From NCBI GenBank assembly GCA_050008535.1, contig JBEKML010000001.1, positions 455,050 through 519,049 on the forward strand: 64,000 bases of DNA. Reading direction: 5' to 3'. Shown in pieces: positions 55,033 through 63,755 of this stretch (positions are counted from its first letter, which is position 1; each line of letters starts with the position of its first letter). This stretch comes from Minisyncoccia bacterium (lineage in GTDB: Bacteria; Patescibacteriota; Minisyncoccia; UBA6257; 2-01-FULL-56-20). The notes below the pieces were generated by a model, which searched no databases, was not told where the DNA came from, and worked only from the letters and a program-made list of their open reading frames with translations. Position numbers and translations under genes: made by a program.

Positions 55033-55757
55033 AGAAGATCATTGAGTGCGAAGACATCAGGAAGACCTATCATACCGGCGGCATAGACACCGAAGTTCTA
55101 AGGGGCATCACCTTTTCGATCGACGAGGGGGAATTCGTGGCCATTATGGGGCCGTCGGGATCGGGGAAATCGACGCTCATGCACATTTTGGGCGCACTTG
55201 ATACGCCGACCGGCGGGCAATATTTTCTTGGCGGCCGGGATATCGCAAAGCTTTCGGATGACGAGCTCGCCGACATCCGCCGGGAAAAAATAGGGTTCGT
55301 GTTCCAGGCGTTCAATCTTTTGCCGCGCACGACGGTATTGCGCAATGTTTCTTTGCCGCTTATCTACGAAGGGGTTGCCAAGGAAAAACGGGAAACGATC
55401 GCCGCGCAAGCGCTCCGCGATTCGGCGTTTCCCGAAGAATTTTGGCAGTATCATTCAAACCAGCTTTCCGGCGGCATGATGCAGCGCGTGGCGGTTGCGC
55501 GGTCGCTCGTGAACAATCCGGCGCTGATCCTTGCCGACGAGCCGACGGGCAACCTGGATTCCAAAACCGGCGAGGTAGTATTGCATACGTTCCAGGGGCT
55601 CAATAAGCAACACGGCAAGACCATCATTTTGATCACGCATGAGGAATATGTTGCCGAACATACCGACCGCATTATCCATATCCGCGACGGAGCTATTTTG
55701 AGCGACGAGAAGAATCACCGTAAGCGCGTCGCGCGGCACGAAAAAGAACTGCAATAA
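55029..55757 (+). CDS. MacB/LolD-type ABC ATPase
   Basis: GPSGSGKST, IGFVFQAFNL, LSGG, LADEPTGNLD. Confidence 0.96.
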   Translation: MKKIIECEDIRKTYHTGGIDTEVLRGITFSIDEGEFVAIMGPSGSGKSTLMHILGALDTPTGGQYFLGGRDIAKLSDDELADIRREKIGFVFQAFNLLPRTTVLRNVSLPLIYEGVAKEKRETIAAQALRDSAFPEEFWQYHSNQLSGGMMQRVAVARSLVNNPALILADEPTGNLDSKTGEVVLHTFQGLNKQHGKTIILITHEEYVAEHTDRIIHIRDGAILSDEKNHRKRVARHEKELQ

Positions 55758-55766
55758 TACTCATCT

Positions 55767-57008
55767 ATGACTACGCAAGATTTATTCGAAGAAACGTACG
55801 GCGCCGTGACCGTGAACAAAGTGCGGTCGGGGCTTACGATGCTCGGCATCGTGATCGGCATCGCGTCCGTGATCGCGCTCCAGGCGATCGGCCAGGGCGC
55901 ACAGAGTTCCATCCAGGCGAGCATCCAATCGATCGGGTCCAATCTGCTGCTGGTGATGCCTGGTACGCAACGCTCCATTGGATCGACCGTGAGCGCGGGG
56001 CGGGGGAGCGCGCAAACGCTCACGCCGGACGATGCGACCGCGATCGGGCAGCTTTCGGGCGTCGCGGCGATCTCGCCCGAAGTGAGCGGGCGGTACCAGG
56101 TGCTCTACCGCGGCACGAACACCAATACGAGCGTACTCGGCGCCGTTCCCGCGTACACGCAGGTGAGAAATATTCAAGTAGCGCAGGGCGTGTTCGTTAC
56201 CGACGCGGATGTCGCCGCTTCAAGCCGCGTGGCGGTGATCGGCCCCACGGTCATGCAGGATCTTTTCGGCACCACGAACGCGACGGCGACGCCGGATATG
56301 GCGATCGGGACTACGATCCGCATTAAAAACATTGATTTCAAGGTGGTAGGGGTCATGGTGTCCAAAGGCGGCAGCGGTTTCAATAACCAGGACAATATGA
56401 TCTACGTGCCGCTCACGGCCGCGCAGCATTTTCTTGTGGGCAACGTTTCCTACGTGACCGAGATTGATGTTCAGGCGCAGGACCAGCAATCCATGACGCA
56501 AGTGCAGAGCGACATTACGAATTTGTTGCTCGCACGGCACAATATCTCCGATCCCACGTTGGCCGATTTCAACGTGCTGAATCAGGCGGACATCGTGGCG
56601 GCGGCGTCGTCCGTCACGGGCACCTTCACGACGCTCCTCGCCGCGATCGCCGGCATCTCGCTTCTCGTCGGCGGCATCGGCATCATGAACATGATGCTCA
56701 CCACGGTCACCGAGCGCACGCGCGAGATCGGCCTCCGCAAGGCGATCGGCGCGAAAAAGAAGGATATCACGACGCAATTTCTTGCCGAGTCCGTCATGCT
56801 TACATTCAGCGGCGGTTTGGCAGGGATCATCCTTGGGTGGATTATTGCATCCCTGGTTACGTATTTTACGTCCATCGCGACAAGCATTTCGTTGAGTTCC
56901 ATCGTTCTCGCTTTCTGCGTTTCGGCGGCGATCGGCATTATTTTCGGCTACTATCCCGCGCGGCGTGCGGCAGGGTTGAGTCCCATCGAAGCATTGCGCT
57001 ATGAATAA
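55767..57008 (+). CDS. MacB/FtsX-type ABC permease
   Basis: RSGLTMLGIVIGI, GGIGIMNMML..VTERTREIGLRKAIGA, PIEALRYE. Confidence 0.96.
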   Translation: MTTQDLFEETYGAVTVNKVRSGLTMLGIVIGIASVIALQAIGQGAQSSIQASIQSIGSNLLLVMPGTQRSIGSTVSAGRGSAQTLTPDDATAIGQLSGVAAISPEVSGRYQVLYRGTNTNTSVLGAVPAYTQVRNIQVAQGVFVTDADVAASSRVAVIGPTVMQDLFGTTNATATPDMAIGTTIRIKNIDFKVVGVMVSKGGSGFNNQDNMIYVPLTAAQHFLVGNVSYVTEIDVQAQDQQSMTQVQSDITNLLLARHNISDPTLADFNVLNQADIVAAASSVTGTFTTLLAAIAGISLLVGGIGIMNMMLTTVTERTREIGLRKAIGAKKKDITTQFLAESVMLTFSGGLAGIILGWIIASLVTYFTSIATSISLSSIVLAFCVSAAIGIIFGYYPARRAAGLSPIEALRYE

Positions 57009-57046
57009 TATTCAAAAGGTCGTAGATGTAATCCAATAAAAAATTA

Positions 57047-57478
57047 ATGAAGAAAAAATATCTGGTGCACGTTATTTGGCTCGCAGTCGCTATCATTGCC
57101 TTTGCGGGTGGCATGTACTATGGGAAATCAACGGCGTCATCTTCGCTCGCGGGACGCACGGGCAGCTTCGCAAGTTCCACGCGCAGCGGGTTCGGCGGTC
57201 GGGGGAATGCGGGTGGTGGCGGGTTCGTGACAGGACAAATCGTTTCCAAGGACGCGCAGAGCCTGACGGTGCGGCTCCCGAACGGCAATTCGGAGATCGT
57301 GTTCTATTCCAGTTCTACTTCGGTCATCAAGCCGTCACCGGCATCGGTAAGCGATCTTACGACAGGCACAAATGTTGTGATCGGCGGAACGCAAAATACC
57401 GATGGCAGCGTGACGGCGCAGACCATCCAGGTACGGCAACCCGGCGTGCCCGGCGGCGGCGGTCCAAATGGGCAGTGA
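57047..57478 (+). CDS. Membrane-anchored DUF5666-like protein
   Basis: TM with FAGGM.YG, GQIVSKD, DL..G.NV...G...DGSVTA. Confidence 0.7.
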   Translation: MKKKYLVHVIWLAVAIIAFAGGMYYGKSTASSSLAGRTGSFASSTRSGFGGRGNAGGGGFVTGQIVSKDAQSLTVRLPNGNSEIVFYSSSTSVIKPSPASVSDLTTGTNVVIGGTQNTDGSVTAQTIQVRQPGVPGGGGPNGQ

Positions 57479-57509
57479 ACCAGTTGATTTTTTTCTGCCA
57501 CCGCGCCAT

Positions 57510-57532
57510 AATAGTTAAGTAATCTAACTATT
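57510..57532. promoter_or_regulatory. Probable MarR operator
   Basis: Palindrome AATAGTTA-N7-TAACTATT overlapping the CATAAT -10 just before the MarR start. Confidence 0.7.
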
Positions 57533-57536
57533 GTAT

Positions 57537-57941
57537 ATGCCTTCGGAAAACGTAAAAATCATTTCTTTGCTTTTTAACATCGGCCGCCGGATGCGGGACG
57601 AGAAAAGCAAATGTTCCATGCTGCATTTCCAGACGCTGCGCTATGTGCAGGGAAAAGGGCGGCCGTTCATGCACGACGTGGCGCGGTATCTTTGCGTGAC
57701 GCCGCCGGCGGCGACCCTGCTCATTGACTGCCTTGCAAAGGAAAAGCTTTTGGTCCGTTCGTTCAACAAAAAAGACCGGCGGACGGTGCGGGTGGCGCTT
57801 ACCAGGCAGGGGAAGACGTTCCTTGCGCGGGGCGTCCGGGAAAAAATGAACAAGCTCAAAAACCTGTTCGCCGTCCTTACTTCCAAAGAACAGGCGGAAC
57901 TTATCATGCTTTTGGAAAAAGTTTTGAAGGAAAATCACTGA
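57537..57941 (+). CDS. MarR-family transcriptional regulator
   Basis: DVA..L.VT...AT..ID.L, DRRTVRVALT..G. Confidence 0.92.
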   Translation: MPSENVKIISLLFNIGRRMRDEKSKCSMLHFQTLRYVQGKGRPFMHDVARYLCVTPPAATLLIDCLAKEKLLVRSFNKKDRRTVRVALTRQGKTFLARGVREKMNKLKNLFAVLTSKEQAELIMLLEKVLKENH

Positions 57942-57943
57942 AC

Positions 57944-59113
57944 ATGCCGATCGCCCTTGTTCTTAGCGTCCTTGTGCTGCAGATTCTTTTGATCTTTACC
58001 CATCTTGCGGTATATGCGGTCGCTGCGGCGGCATTCGGCATCGGCGGGCTGCTCTTTAAAACGATCTTTGTCGTTCTTGCGTTTACCTTTCTTTCCGCAT
58101 CGCTCCTGGCCCACGCTTACAAGGGGAAGTTCTTTGATTGGTATTATGCCGCCGCTGCTTACTGGTTCGGCCTCGTGAGCTTCCTTTTTGGGGGCGCCGT
58201 CGCGTTCTTTTTTATCGCAAAGGTGCTTTATTCTTTCAACTATTATGTTTCGCCGGCTCTTCTTGCGGGCGTTCTTTTTGGCTTTTCCTTTTTTCTTCAC
58301 CTTTATGGAACGTGGAAAAGCGGTCGGGCGGAGATCACGCGCATTGACATAGCCATGCCGGGTCTTCCCGAAGCATGGCGAACAAAGAAGATCGTTTTCG
58401 TAAGCGACTTTCACCTTGGGAAGGTGTGGCGAAGGGAATTCACGGAGAAAGTGGCGGGAAAGATCCGGGCGCTCGCACCCCACGCGGTTTTTATCGGCGG
58501 CGATCTCTACGACGGCGTTGCGTGCGATCTTAAAGACGTGATCGAGCCCCTGCGATCGCTCCGCCCTCCGCACGGCGTATATTTCATCACCGGCAACCAC
58601 GAATATTTCTTGTCGGATATCGCCCCGGCGCTTGCGGCCATCCGCAATGTCGGCATACGGATATTAGAAGACGAAAGGGTGGACATTGACGGCATTTCGG
58701 TGATCGGTGTGAGCGATAAGAGCGACAAAGATACCGCTCACCGCGAGGATCATTTCAGAAAAATACTCAATTTAAAGCGTTTGAAAACACGGAACCATGA
58801 AGAAAAACACTTTGAGAAAAGACTCAATGGAACGGGAGCGCAGGGGGACCAGCCGACTATTCTTTTGAAACACGAACCGGATTATCTTGAAATTGCGAAC
58901 GAGGCAGGCATCGCATTGGGACTTTTCGGTCACACGCATCACGGCCAAATATTTCCCCTCAACTATCTTACGTGGCGGATCTATCATGGTTTTGATTACG
59001 GATTGCATCGCGTGGGCAACATGCAGACCTATACCTCAAGCGGGGTGGGCACGTGGGGTCCGCCCTTGCGGCTCAACACAAAATCGGAGATCGTGTTGAT
59101 CACACTGCGGTAG
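57944..59113 (+). CDS. Membrane-anchored metallophosphoesterase (YkuE-like)
   Basis: SDFHLG, GGDLYD, GNHE, HEPD, GHTHHGQ, GTWGPPLR. Confidence 0.92.
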   Translation: MPIALVLSVLVLQILLIFTHLAVYAVAAAAFGIGGLLFKTIFVVLAFTFLSASLLAHAYKGKFFDWYYAAAAYWFGLVSFLFGGAVAFFFIAKVLYSFNYYVSPALLAGVLFGFSFFLHLYGTWKSGRAEITRIDIAMPGLPEAWRTKKIVFVSDFHLGKVWRREFTEKVAGKIRALAPHAVFIGGDLYDGVACDLKDVIEPLRSLRPPHGVYFITGNHEYFLSDIAPALAAIRNVGIRILEDERVDIDGISVIGVSDKSDKDTAHREDHFRKILNLKRLKTRNHEEKHFEKRLNGTGAQGDQPTILLKHEPDYLEIANEAGIALGLFGHTHHGQIFPLNYLTWRIYHGFDYGLHRVGNMQTYTSSGVGTWGPPLRLNTKSEIVLITLR

Positions 59114-59187
59114 CCACACACAAAACAAGTATTTGAAACGAGTACTCGGAAGGGCTCGTTTCAAATACTTGTTTTGTGTGTGGCTAC
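59110..59187. repeat. Long perfect hairpin, conserved-loop family member 3
   Basis: 33-bp perfect arms 59110-59142/59155-59187, loop TACTCGGAAGGG; contains the stop codons of both convergent genes. Confidence 0.95.
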
Positions 59188-59750
59188 AGTTCGTTTATGT
59201 TTTTCTTCTTCGGATTCGGCGCGGACATGAGAAGTAGGAGTAGTACAAAGACGGTCAGGGACATCGTGGGGATTGTAACGTAGCCGTATTCTATGAAATA
59301 AATGATCGTGCAGCTCACGCCGGTTATGGAGCAGGGGACGATGGACGTCCCGCCGAACTGGATGAAGGTGTGATAGAGGGCGATGAGCGCGCCCACGCCC
59401 GAGAGGACGCTGCAATGCAAGCGCATATTTTCGTCTTTCTTGAGGAACGCGGTAAAGAGGAGGACGGTCTGCGGGTAGAGAAAGATCCGCTGCCACCAAC
59501 AGAGATCGCATGGCGCGAATCCGGCGATTGCCGAGTAGAACAAGCTGCCACCGGTCGCGGCGAGCGCGGCAAGGAACGAAAGAAAGATCGCCCGTTCGCC
59601 GAAAAAGTCGGCTATTTGTCTTCCCCGCCCGTGCCGCTTGAGCGGCGTCACGAGCAACAGGAGCAGTGCGACGGCAAAAATGTCGGCGAGAAGCGTAAAG
59701 AAAGAAAGAATATTGGTGATACTTTGAACAAAAGGGGTCATGTGCGCCAA
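59184..59750 (-). CDS. Disulfide bond formation protein DsbB/BdbC-like
   Basis: GSLFYS, PCDLCWWQRIFLYP, second Cys pair, GYVTIP. Confidence 0.92.
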   Translation of the reverse strand: MAHMTPFVQSITNILSFFTLLADIFAVALLLLLVTPLKRHGRGRQIADFFGERAIFLSFLAALAATGGSLFYSAIAGFAPCDLCWWQRIFLYPQTVLLFTAFLKKDENMRLHCSVLSGVGALIALYHTFIQFGGTSIVPCSITGVSCTIIYFIEYGYVTIPTMSLTVFVLLLLLMSAPNPKKKNINEL

Positions 59751-59753
59751 AAA

Positions 59754-60149
59754 TTAAGTGCTCGTAGGCAAGGGGCAGCCGGTTTTGTCGGAAAGCGTCT
59801 GAAGCGATTGTTCGCCGGTAGAGCTTGAGCCGTCGGGGAAGTACCAGGTCGGGTATTCCGTGATATTTTTATTGATGCAAGCCTGTGTTTGTCCCGATGC
59901 GTCGGATGCGGAGCATTCTACGTACGGAAGATATTGTGCGGCGTCCCCGAATTCACGCTTTTGGCTCTGGCAATGCGGGCACCAGAAAGCGCCGTAAAAA
60001 GTGGTCGAGGTATTCGCGATGCACTTGGCGAACCCTTGGTATTTCCCGGCCGCCGGCGGAATATTCCTTACGTAAAGGAAAGCAGAGATGGCCATTGCGA
60101 CCGCGATGAGGACCCAAAATGTGACGCGCTGTTTCTTTTCTTTGTTCAT
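59754..60149 (-). CDS. Membrane-anchored thioredoxin-like protein
   Basis: FYGAFWCPHC, YVEC, YPTW; upstream of dsbB-like gene in the same direction. Confidence 0.88.
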   Translation of the reverse strand: MNKEKKQRVTFWVLIAVAMAISAFLYVRNIPPAAGKYQGFAKCIANTSTTFYGAFWCPHCQSQKREFGDAAQYLPYVECSASDASGQTQACINKNITEYPTWYFPDGSSSTGEQSLQTLSDKTGCPLPTST

Positions 60150-60233
60150 GTGTATGAGAAAGCATAGCACATACGCCAGAATATTTCTAACTTACTTACG
60201 GTATACTTAATGATGTCGGTATTTTTTAGGATC

Positions 60234-63200
60234 ATGCCCCAGACATTACGTAATAAGTTGATCTTCCCAGCGCTGCTGCTCCTGGGGTTTTTAGGAATTG
60301 CCTTGCCGTTTGTCTCCCATGCCGCGATCTACAACGCGACCAATCTTTTGGGGCAAGTGGATGTGAACAGCAACCCCATTTGGACCAAAAAGACAGCGAA
60401 CAACAGCCCCACCGCCCCCAACGCGCTCGGATTTAACTCCCCGCACAACGTGGCCGTGGATACCACGAATAGCCGCCTCTTTGTGTCCGACGACGGGAAC
60501 AACCGCATACTCGTGTTTCCTCTTGACGCGAACGGCAATCTCGTCTCAAGCACGCCCTCGTACGTTCTCGGTCAGGCAGACTTCGTCTCGAAGGCACTAG
60601 ACGCTACGCCGAGCGGGCTCTTTTCCCCTGAAAGCATCGCCTATGATTCAGCCAATGACCGCCTTTTTGTGGTCGACCGATTCCACAGCCGGGTGATGGT
60701 CTTTAATGTCGCGACATCGACCATTACAAACGGCGAGAACGCCCTCTTTGAACTTGGCCAGACAAACTTCACCTCAAGCACCGGGGCCACCGCCCAGAAC
60801 GGACTCAAGAATCCTGTCGGCGTGGCCTACGATTCAGTAAATTCCCGCCTTTTCATCAGCGACGCAGGCAACAACCGCGTGATGGCCTTCTCTGTCCCTG
60901 CGAACGCCACGAGCGGCGTGAACGGCGAGAATGCCCTCTTCGAACTCGGGCAGACGAACTTCGCTTCAAGCACCGCGACTACCACCGCGAGCGGCCTTAA
61001 TAGTCCTAACGGCACCGCCTATGACCCGACGAACAACCGCCTTTTTGTAGCCGACAAAACAAACAACCGCGTGATGTCCTTCACCGTCCCTGCCAATGCC
61101 ACGAGCGGCATCAATGGCGAGAACGCCGACTTTGTGCTTGGCCAGACGAACTTCACCTCAAGCACCGGGACCAGCACCCAGAGCGGACTCCACGGACCCG
61201 CAGGCATCTTCTATGACTCGGCGAACAACCGCCTTTTTGTTCCTGATTCTGTTACCAATGCCCGGGTTGTGTCCTTCACCGTCCCTGCCAATGCCACGAG
61301 CGGCATCAATGGCGAGAACGCCGACTTTGTGCTCGGCCAGATGAACTTCACCTCAAGCACAGCCTCTACCACCCAGAACAGACTTAATGGTCCCTCTGGC
61401 ACCGCCTATGACTCAACGAACAACCGCCTTTTTGTAGCCGACGCAGGCAACAACCGCGTGATGGCCTTCGCCGTCCCTGCGAACGCCACGAGTGGTGTGA
61501 ACGGCGAGAACGCCTCATTCGCCATCGGCCACTATGACCTATCCGGCGCGCTCGCGACGGCCTCCTTTGTGAATGGTATCGTGGACGACGGGTTTCTCGT
61601 CAATGCCCAAGGGTTCGACAGTTTGAGTAATACCGTTCTTGATACGATCAACCATCGTCTCTTTGTTTCAGATTCGTATTTAGATAATTTCCGTATTCTT
61701 GTTTTCCCCCTGGACAGCGCCAACAATATCACGACTACCACCGCCCAGTATGTCCTCGGCGCCTGCAATTTCACAACCGCCGGGAGCGGCGCCGTCACAT
61801 CGAGTACTTTTCAACAGTCCAATCTCGCTTACGACAGCGTAAATTCCCGCCTCTTTGTTTCGGATGGACACGATAACCGCGTCCTCGCCTTCAACGTAGC
61901 GACCTCTACCATCGCGAACTGCGAAGGAGCGACGTTCGTGCTCGGGCAGGCGGATTTCGTTTCAAATGGCTCTGCTGTCGCCCAGAACAAATTTCACGGG
62001 TCCGACGACGTTGATTACGATTCCGTAAATTCCCGCCTTTTCGTGGCCGACGAAACAAACAACCGCGTGATGGCTTTCAGCATCCCCGCGAATGCCACGA
62101 GCGGCATCAATGGCGAGAACGCCCTTTTTGAACTCGGTCAGACAAACTTCGTCACAAGCACCGCGGCCACCACCCAAAGCGGGCTCCATGCTCCTACCGG
62201 CGTGGCCTACGATTCGGTGAACGCCCGCCTTTTCGTTGATGACTCTGGCAACAGTCGCGTGATGATCTTTGCTGTCCCTTCGAATGCCACGAGTGGCGTG
62301 AACGGCGAGAACGCCCTCTTTGAGCTCGGCCAGACGAATTTCACCTCAAGCACCGCGGCCACCACACAGAGCGGGCTCAACAATACCGACGATGACACCT
62401 ATGATACAACGGGCAATCGGCTCTTTGTCGCTGACCACGACAACAATCGCGTGACGATCTTCACTGTCCCTGCGAACGCTACGAGCGGTTTCAATGGGGC
62501 GAACGCACAGAACAACATAGGCCAGGCTGCCTGGACCACCAATGCTTCCGGCACCAGCCAGAACGCGTTTATCGCGCCCGAGTCCTCCCACGCCTACGAC
62601 CCGGTCAACAACCGACTGTATATCTATGAGGCTAGTGGCTACCGTGTCCTCCAATTCAACTTCATCCACATCACGACCGCCTCGTTCCCCTCAAGCACGG
62701 TGGGCTTCGCATATTCCCAAACTATCGCTGTCACCTCCACCCAGGGAACCTCCCAGACCTACAGCATCGCCTCCGGCACATTACCCGCAGGATTGTCGTT
62801 GAACTCCGCAACAGGCCTCATCTCGGGCATACCCACGGTTGCTACGACGACCACCGTTACCATAGAAGCCGACGACAATTTTGATACCGGCCCCTTCTTT
62901 GACCTAGCGACGTATACCATGGGGAGCGTAAACGGGACGTCCTCTGCGCCCCAATCCCTCACGGCCTCATCAAGCGACACCCAGGTCTTCCTCGCCTGGA
63001 GCATTCCCGCCACGAACGGTGGCTCTGCCATCACCGATTACCTTCTTGAATACAAAGAAACGGCGAATCCTCTCTGGCGCAGTTTTGTCCATGCTGCCAC
63101 CACCTCCCTCTCTATTATCGTTACGGGCCTCACGAACAACACACCGTACGATTTCCGCGTTTCCGCCGTGAACAGCATTGGCACCTCTTCTCCTTCTTCC

Positions 63201-63734
63201 CTGGTCTCCGCCACGCCAGTTTTCCCCGCTCCCAATGCGACCGTCGGCGTCGGCGCGAGCTACGCGGCGCCGCCCGGCGGCGGTGGTTTGCCCACGCTCC
63301 TCGCAACCGCCCCCCTTGCGACCACCACCGTTTCCACCTCTTCTCTCCTTGCCCAGCTCCTCTCCCTCTATCAAACCCTGCGTGCACTGCAGCAACAGCT
63401 TGGCCTTCCCCTCACGCCCATCCCTGCCTATCTCATGAATCTGTCCACCAGCACCACCACTGCCCAAGCCATTTCCTCGTCCACCACCCCCTATCTCTTC
63501 TCCCGCAATCTCTCCCTCTGGAGCCGTGGCTCCGACGTCCAGGCCCTCCAGGAGTTCCTGATCCAACAAAACGCCGGCCCTGCCGCCGCACAGCTCAAAA
63601 CCCACGGCGCGACGACCGTCTTTGGCCCCCTCACCTACAACGCTCTCAGAGAATTCCAGAAGCACGCAGGCATCACCCCTGCGGCAGGGTACTTTGGCCC
63701 CAAGACCAGGGCGTATGTGAAGACGCGGTTGTAA
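60234..63734 (+). CDS. Large surface protein with NHL beta-propeller repeats, Ig, FN3 and a C-terminal PG-binding domain
   Basis: About 10 YD..N.RLFV.D..NNRV/LGQTNF units, SGTLPAGLSL..ATG.ISG, GGSAITDY..GLTN, GYFGPKTR; alternative start 60210. Confidence 0.9.
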   Translation: MPQTLRNKLIFPALLLLGFLGIALPFVSHAAIYNATNLLGQVDVNSNPIWTKKTANNSPTAPNALGFNSPHNVAVDTTNSRLFVSDDGNNRILVFPLDANGNLVSSTPSYVLGQADFVSKALDATPSGLFSPESIAYDSANDRLFVVDRFHSRVMVFNVATSTITNGENALFELGQTNFTSSTGATAQNGLKNPVGVAYDSVNSRLFISDAGNNRVMAFSVPANATSGVNGENALFELGQTNFASSTATTTASGLNSPNGTAYDPTNNRLFVADKTNNRVMSFTVPANATSGINGENADFVLGQTNFTSSTGTSTQSGLHGPAGIFYDSANNRLFVPDSVTNARVVSFTVPANATSGINGENADFVLGQMNFTSSTASTTQNRLNGPSGTAYDSTNNRLFVADAGNNRVMAFAVPANATSGVNGENASFAIGHYDLSGALATASFVNGIVDDGFLVNAQGFDSLSNTVLDTINHRLFVSDSYLDNFRILVFPLDSANNITTTTAQYVLGACNFTTAGSGAVTSSTFQQSNLAYDSVNSRLFVSDGHDNRVLAFNVATSTIANCEGATFVLGQADFVSNGSAVAQNKFHGSDDVDYDSVNSRLFVADETNNRVMAFSIPANATSGINGENALFELGQTNFVTSTAATTQSGLHAPTGVAYDSVNARLFVDDSGNSRVMIFAVPSNATSGVNGENALFELGQTNFTSSTAATTQSGLNNTDDDTYDTTGNRLFVADHDNNRVTIFTVPANATSGFNGANAQNNIGQAAWTTNASGTSQNAFIAPESSHAYDPVNNRLYIYEASGYRVLQFNFIHITTASFPSSTVGFAYSQTIAVTSTQGTSQTYSIASGTLPAGLSLNSATGLISGIPTVATTTTVTIEADDNFDTGPFFDLATYTMGSVNGTSSAPQSLTASSSDTQVFLAWSIPATNGGSAITDYLLEYKETANPLWRSFVHAATTSLSIIVTGLTNNTPYDFRVSAVNSIGTSSPSSLVSATPVFPAPNATVGVGASYAAPPGGGGLPTLLATAPLATTTVSTSSLLAQLLSLYQTLRALQQQLGLPLTPIPAYLMNLSTSTTTAQAISSSTTPYLFSRNLSLWSRGSDVQALQEFLIQQNAGPAAAQLKTHGATTVFGPLTYNALREFQKHAGITPAAGYFGPKTRAYVKTRL

Positions 63735-63755
63735 TCCGTTTTATATAATGAAACT

